DNA of 64,000 nucleotides from Prosthecobacter sp. (GTDB lineage: Bacteria > Verrucomicrobiota > Verrucomicrobiia > Verrucomicrobiales > Verrucomicrobiaceae): the NCBI GenBank assembly GCA_044345215.1, contig JBIJBO010000002.1, positions 272 to 64,271 on the forward strand, in the 5' to 3' direction. Below the pieces are notes generated by a model that did no database searches, was not told the DNA's origin, and saw only the letters and a program-made list of their open reading frames with translations. A program made the translations under genes and the position numbers. Of the stretch, positions 59,580 to 64,000 are shown in pieces (within the stretch, counting starts at the first letter, position 1; every line of letters starts with the position of its first letter).

Positions 59580-60239
59580 ATGCCCCTGCGTGCTGTCATC
59601 TTTGATTTCGACGGGCTCATCGTCGATACGGAAAGCAATGGTTACCTGACTTGGAAGGTGATCTTCGACCGCCATGGCCACGAGCTGCCCATCGAGCGCT
59701 ACGCCGCCGTGGTTGGCACCGACTTCAACACGAGCTATGATCCGCGCCGCGACCTCGAGCAGCGCACGGGCCTCACCTTTGACTGGGAGGCGGTCGAGGT
59801 GGAGCGGCGCGCCCATGAAGAGGAGCTCCGCCGACAGCTGCGACCTCTGCCCGGTGTCATGGACCGCCTCGCTGAAGCGCGCTCTCTGGGGCTTGCCACG
59901 GCCATTGCCTCCAGCAGCCCGCGAACGTGGATCGATTCCTGGATGGATCAGCTCGGCTTGCAAGCGCACTTTGACCACATCTCCACCGTGGATGACACCG
60001 GCCGGGTCAAGCCGGACCCCTCGCTCTTCCTGCACGCGGCCGAAAATCTGGGCGTTGCCACTCATGAGGCGGTCATTTTCGAGGACTCCCTCAACGGTCT
60101 GCGGGCCGCTCAAGCTGCGCAGATCCGCTGTGTGGTCGCGCCTGGGCCGATGACCCGGCACCTGACCTTCGAGGGCGCCTTCCGCCGTGTCGCCTCCCTG
60201 GCCGAGGTGACCCTGCGCGAGTTGGCCGATCCCTGCTGA
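59580..60239 (+). CDS. HAD-superfamily hydrolase (beta-phosphoglucomutase-like subfamily IA)
   Basis: Internal ATG (MPLRAVIFDFDGLIVDTE...) of track ORF 59565..60239, 219 aa. HAD motif I is DFDG. Other strings: ATAIASSS, KPDPSLFL and EDSLNGLRAA. Confidence 0.85.
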   Translation: MPLRAVIFDFDGLIVDTESNGYLTWKVIFDRHGHELPIERYAAVVGTDFNTSYDPRRDLEQRTGLTFDWEAVEVERRAHEEELRRQLRPLPGVMDRLAEARSLGLATAIASSSPRTWIDSWMDQLGLQAHFDHISTVDDTGRVKPDPSLFLHAAENLGVATHEAVIFEDSLNGLRAAQAAQIRCVVAPGPMTRHLTFEGAFRRVASLAEVTLRELADPC

Positions 60240-61669
60240 TGCCGCGCCCCGTCGCCATGAAAGCCGACCTGCCACCGCTGCCCCTGGCCGGTCGCTATGC
60301 CGGCTTTCGCGGGCGGGTGTTCGAGGGCTTTGAGGAGGAACTGCCCCGACTGGAAACCCCGTGCAGCGAGCTCGAGGTGCAGAGCCTGTGGTTTGGCGGC
60401 GCCTTTGGCGATGAAGCGAAGGACGAGGACGGCCGGCGCGTCCGGATTGTCGATTTCGGGGAGTGGAATGCCGGCGCCGGCCCCGACTTCACCGGCTGTG
60501 TGGTTGAGATCGAGGGTGTGCTGCGCCGGGGCGACATCGAGCTCGATCTCGATGCGCGCGACTGGGAGCGCCACGGGCATGGCACCAATCCGGCCTTTGC
60601 CGGTGTTGTGCTGCACCTCTGCCTGCAGGCGCCTGCAGGCCGGTTTTTCACCCGCACCTGCGAGCATCGAGAGGTGCCCCAGGTGCGGCTTGATGCCTCG
60701 CTGCTGGACGGGCTGTCACGACTGCGGAGCGGACCAGTCCCGGCGCGGCTGGGCCGCTGCCAACGGCCGCTTGCGGCCATGGAGCCGGCGCGTGTCGAGT
60801 CCCTGTTGGAGTCGGCGGCGCAGTTTCGTCTCGAGCGCAAGAGCCTGCGAATCCATCGCAGCGTGCAGGCGCAGGGACGCGAACAGGCCGTTTATCAGGA
60901 ACTGGCGCGCGGGCTGGGCTATCATCCGAATGCCCAGCCCTTCTACCTGCTGGCCCAGCGTCTGCCGGTGCGCCGGATGCAACGCGTGCCGGTTCAGGAA
61001 CGCGAGGCCCTGCTGTTCGGAGTGGCGGGTTTTCTTGGCCGGGTGCTCCACGAACAAACGGCTGGCGATTCGCGCCAGTACCTGCGCAGCCTGTGGCAGG
61101 CCTGGTGGAAGCAGATCGATGCCGCCGAGCGTTGGTTGGAACCGGCGCAGTTGCCGCGCTGGCAACTCTCCGGCTGCCGGCCGGGCAACCATCCGCAGCG
61201 CCGTTTGGGCGCCCTCGCTGCCCTCCTGGAAGCCTGGCAAGGGGTGGCGGCGCCGCTGCTCGATGCCGGTCGCTGGAGTCGATCCTCTTGGTGCGAAACA
61301 CTGCGCGGCCTGAGTCACCCGCACTGGTCGCGTCACTACACCCTGACCTCCGCGCCGGCTGCGGCCCCGCTGGCGTTGATTGGCGACACGCGCATTCAGG
61401 AACTTTTGGCCAACGTGGCCTACCCCTTGCTCACGCCGGAGCGTCCACACCTCTGGGCGGAGTACCTTGAGCTGCCGGCGCAGCTCGACAATCACAAACT
61501 GCGCCGTGCGGCGCAGCGGCTGTTCGGTCCGACGTCGCGCCCCGCTGGCCTCGGCCGCCGGCTATTTCACCAGCAGGGGCTGCTGCAGGTTTACGAGGAC
61601 TTCTGTCTTGAGGATGATTCCGGCTGTCGTGACTGCCCGTTTCCGGAACGGCTGGCCCAATGGTCGTGA
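60239..61669 (+). CDS. DUF2851 family protein
   Basis: 476 aa. EVQSLWFGGAFG, FGEWNAGAGPDF, GDIELDLDARDWERHGHG and GVVLHLCL fit the DUF2851 N-terminal signature. Its start overlaps the HAD stop by 1 nt (TGATG). Confidence 0.78.
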   Translation: MPRPVAMKADLPPLPLAGRYAGFRGRVFEGFEEELPRLETPCSELEVQSLWFGGAFGDEAKDEDGRRVRIVDFGEWNAGAGPDFTGCVVEIEGVLRRGDIELDLDARDWERHGHGTNPAFAGVVLHLCLQAPAGRFFTRTCEHREVPQVRLDASLLDGLSRLRSGPVPARLGRCQRPLAAMEPARVESLLESAAQFRLERKSLRIHRSVQAQGREQAVYQELARGLGYHPNAQPFYLLAQRLPVRRMQRVPVQEREALLFGVAGFLGRVLHEQTAGDSRQYLRSLWQAWWKQIDAAERWLEPAQLPRWQLSGCRPGNHPQRRLGALAALLEAWQGVAAPLLDAGRWSRSSWCETLRGLSHPHWSRHYTLTSAPAAAPLALIGDTRIQELLANVAYPLLTPERPHLWAEYLELPAQLDNHKLRRAAQRLFGPTSRPAGLGRRLFHQQGLLQVYEDFCLEDDSGCRDCPFPERLAQWS

Positions 61670-62263
61670 GCTTCTCGGCTCAGGCCACCGGGCAGCGCAG
61701 GCGCACCCTTGTTTTGCACCCCTGCGACGCCACCCCCGTGTGCATGCGCGGCCTCAGCCGCGTTGTTCAGCAGTTCGAGCAGAATTTCGCGCAGACGGGT
61801 CGGATCGACCCGCAACGGCGGCAACTGGGTCTCGAGATCAATCTCAAACGGCACCCTGGTTTTGGCGAAGGGTGCCGCCAGAGCGGTCTGCATAAGTCGC
61901 AGACAGTCGCCGAGGTTGAGCGACTGCATTGGGGTTTGGCGCACCACCCGGTGATGCTCACCCGCTTCCCGAGCTTGGTCACTTCCGCGGCGGACTCCTG
62001 AATGAGCTCCAGGCCTTCGGTGGCTGCGTTTCTGAAACCCTCGTTCAGCATGGTCATCTGAAGCCCTGATTGAAACCCAGCAGATTGTTCAGCTTGTGGG
62101 TGAACCCGCGAAGCAAGTCCTGATGGAAGCTGTCACCGGATTCGGCAGCATTGAGGAGCCGAATGGGATGAAGTGAATCTAGGGAGGCTGGAACCACTGC
62201 TGCAGGTATGATGTGCCTCACGCAACGGCTTTTCTCCCGCGTCCGGTGCCACTGCAAATTCAA
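61670..62263 (-). pseudogene. Decayed histidine-kinase core (H-box to N-box) split over three frames and truncated
   Basis: Track ORF 62054..62263(-) ends with the H-box-like FHQDLLRGFTHKLNNLLGF. Track ORF 61767..62057(-) continues in another frame (LNEGFRNAATEGLELIQESAAEVTKLGKRV). Track ORF 61591..61947(-), in a third frame, holds QSLNLGDCLRLMQTAL...LPPLRVDPTRLREILLELLNNAAEA (N-box). No G1/G2 boxes follow, because that frame runs into the DUF2851 3' end. No sensor or TM region lies upstream. Confidence 0.5.
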
Positions 62264-62303
62264 CTGGCGGGGGGCTGCGGCCCGCGGACAGTGACATGCC
62301 CCG

Positions 62304-63449
62304 ATGGACGCCGCCTCCTGGACCCTGGTCGCCCTGTTGGGCCTGCTGCTTTACGTGCAGGCCGGCTACCCGCTGCTCATGGCCGGGCTCGCCCGGCTGC
62401 GCCCGCGGCCCCTGCGTCCGCAGGGGCCGGACGTGCGGGCGCTGAGCGTGGTTGTTTGTGCGCGCAACGCCGGCGAGGCGATGGTCATGCGACTGCAGAA
62501 CCTGCTTGCCAGTGACTGGCAGGGTCAACTCGAGGTTCTGGTCTACTGCGACGGCTGCAGCGACCACACGGCGGCCCTGGCAGAGTCGCTGGAGGATTCG
62601 CGCGTCCGGGTCATCCGGGGCGAAACCCCGCTTGGCAAGGCCCTTGCGCTGAATGTCGCCATTCCCCTCTGCCGGCATGCCCACGTGGTGCTCTGCGACG
62701 TGCGCCAACGCTTTGCGCCGGATGTCCTGCAGCGTCTGGCGGCGCCCTTTGCCGATCCCGAGGTGGCGGCGGTGAGCGGTCGGCTCGAAATCGCCCCCTC
62801 CGTCGCCGGCGGTGGCCAGGGCGTTGACCTGTATTGGCGAATGGAGCGCAAACTGCGCGAGTGGGAGAGTGGCTATGATTCAGTCATCGGCTGCACCGGT
62901 GCCGTCTGTGCCATTCGCCGCGATGACTTCGAGCCTCTGGAACCCGGCACGCTGCTCGATGATGTGGTCATCCCCATGCGCCTGGCCGCGCGGGGCGGTC
63001 GGATTATTTTCGAGCCGCGCGCGCTCGCCTTTGATCCACAGACCCTTGATCCGGCCCGGGAGCGCGTGCGCAAGCTGCGCACCCTGGTGGGCAACTACCA
63101 GATGCTGTTGCGTCATCCCGAGTGGCTGCTGCCCTGGCGACACCGGCTCTGGTGGCAGTTGCTCTCCCACAAGTACCTGCGGCTCACCATGCCCTGGCTT
63201 CTCATCGGCATTGCCGTTCTCACCCTGCAGGCACCGCGCTCCGGTTGGACGCTAGCCCTGGCCGCGGCCCAAGGGTTGGCCTATGCCTGTGCGCTGCTTG
63301 GCCTGGTGTTGCCGCACCTGCGCTGGAAGCCGCTCACCGTGCCCGCCGGTTTCCTGCTCCTGCAATGGAGTTGTCTCCGCGCCCTGCTGGCCTTCCTCGT
63401 GCATCGCCGCGACCTGCGCGCTCTTTGGCCCGCCACACCCGCCCCATGA
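62304..63449 (+). CDS. Family 2 glycosyltransferase (membrane-anchored, processive-synthase-like)
   Basis: 381 aa. An N-terminal TM helix is followed by LSVVVCARNAGE, VLVYCDGCSDHT, CDVRQRF and VSGRLE. The Q/RxxRW-like region is GNYQMLLRHPEWLLPWRHRLWWQ, and C-terminal TM helices follow. Confidence 0.85.
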   Translation: MDAASWTLVALLGLLLYVQAGYPLLMAGLARLRPRPLRPQGPDVRALSVVVCARNAGEAMVMRLQNLLASDWQGQLEVLVYCDGCSDHTAALAESLEDSRVRVIRGETPLGKALALNVAIPLCRHAHVVLCDVRQRFAPDVLQRLAAPFADPEVAAVSGRLEIAPSVAGGGQGVDLYWRMERKLREWESGYDSVIGCTGAVCAIRRDDFEPLEPGTLLDDVVIPMRLAARGGRIIFEPRALAFDPQTLDPARERVRKLRTLVGNYQMLLRHPEWLLPWRHRLWWQLLSHKYLRLTMPWLLIGIAVLTLQAPRSGWTLALAAAQGLAYACALLGLVLPHLRWKPLTVPAGFLLLQWSCLRALLAFLVHRRDLRALWPATPAP

Positions 63450-64000
63450 TCCGAGCCCTCGACCGCTGGCTTCCCTCCTACGTGTTGCGCGACCGCCGCC
63501 GCCCGTGTGGCCGGCCGGTGCATGTCTTTCTCGCGGTGTGCGACCACTTTGAACCGTTTCACGACACCGACCGCGAAGGTGCCCTGCGCGCCCTCGCGGA
63601 CTGGCAGGCGCAATGGCCGGAGTTGGTGGCGGCGTTTCGTGACAGTTCCGGGCGCGGACCGCGGCACACTTTTTTTTATCCGGTGGAGCAGTACGACGCG
63701 GACGTGATGGATCGACTTGGCCAACTGTGCGCGCGGACCGGCAGCGAGGTCGAGGTGCACCTGCACCACGGCGATGACACGGCGGCGAGTCTGACACGCC
63801 AGCTTGAAGCCGGCCTCGGACAGCTGGCCTCTCACGGATTGCTTTCGCGCGCTGCCGACGGCCGCCCTCGCTACGGGTTCATCCATGGCAACTGGGCGCT
63901 GGATCATTCCCATCCGCAGGGGCGGCACTGCGGGGTCGCCGACGAGCTTGCCGTGCTGAGGCGCACCGGGTGCTACGCCGATTTCACCCTGCCATCGGCC
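63446..64000 (+). CDS. Hypothetical protein coupled to the GT2 gene (3' end outside window)
   Basis: This ORF is not in the track because no stop occurs before the window end. ATG 63446 overlaps the GT2 stop (ATGA). The 185 open codons read MIRALDRWLPSYVLRDRRRPCGRPVHVFLAVCDHFEPFHDTDREGAL...HLHHGDDTAASL...GFIHGNWALDHS. A polysaccharide-modifying role is only a guess from context. Confidence 0.5.
   Translation, partial: MIRALDRWLPSYVLRDRRRPCGRPVHVFLAVCDHFEPFHDTDREGALRALADWQAQWPELVAAFRDSSGRGPRHTFFYPVEQYDADVMDRLGQLCARTGSEVEVHLHHGDDTAASLTRQLEAGLGQLASHGLLSRAADGRPRYGFIHGNWALDHSHPQGRHCGVADELAVLRRTGCYADFTLPSA

Overview
High-GC bacterial chromosomal segment, probably from the PVC superphylum. The PSCyt/DUF1549/DUF1553 and DUF1501 gene pair, the MurC-MurB fusion and the tuf-tRNATrp-secE layout fit Verrucomicrobiota (Opitutales-like), but this is family-level inference, not a database hit. 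Bases 1-12640 hold the conserved tuf / tRNA-Trp / secE-nusG / rplKAJL / rpoBC array, which ends in a clean intrinsic terminator. The rest is mostly housekeeping: yqgE, fused murC-murB, an MMPL transporter, rpsT, ribE, recG, rlmM, rlmN, prfA and rpmE. Between these lie accessory blocks. (i) A scattered phosphate set: DUF47-PiT with Pho-box-like repeats, and divergent pstS and pstB with no pstCA. (ii) A secreted EF-hand / redoxin / CxxCH / PHM-like copper-monooxygenase fusion protein. (iii) A ccoG / mini-ORF / DsbD_2 block with no oxidase genes. (iv) An ECF sigma / anti-sigma / PDZ operon. (v) A two-gene operon that looks lower in GC, encoding a discoidin-like protein and a 1080-aa protein with six Ig-like repeats. 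(vi) The most interesting block, 48.3-57.4 kb: two NarL-type two-component systems flank a PSCyt-DUF1549-DUF1553 protein and a Tat-signal DUF1501 protein. The first kinase carries two copies of the same discoidin-like module that is inserted in the DUF1549/1553 protein. Two decayed genes are visible, an SGNH-hydrolase remnant and a frameshifted histidine-kinase core. I found no transposases, integrases, prophage genes, CRISPR arrays or rRNA. Many very long antisense ORFs in the track are GC-bias artefacts. Coordinates of internal starts come from ORF-track arithmetic, and small RNA hairpin coordinates may be off by 1-2 nt.
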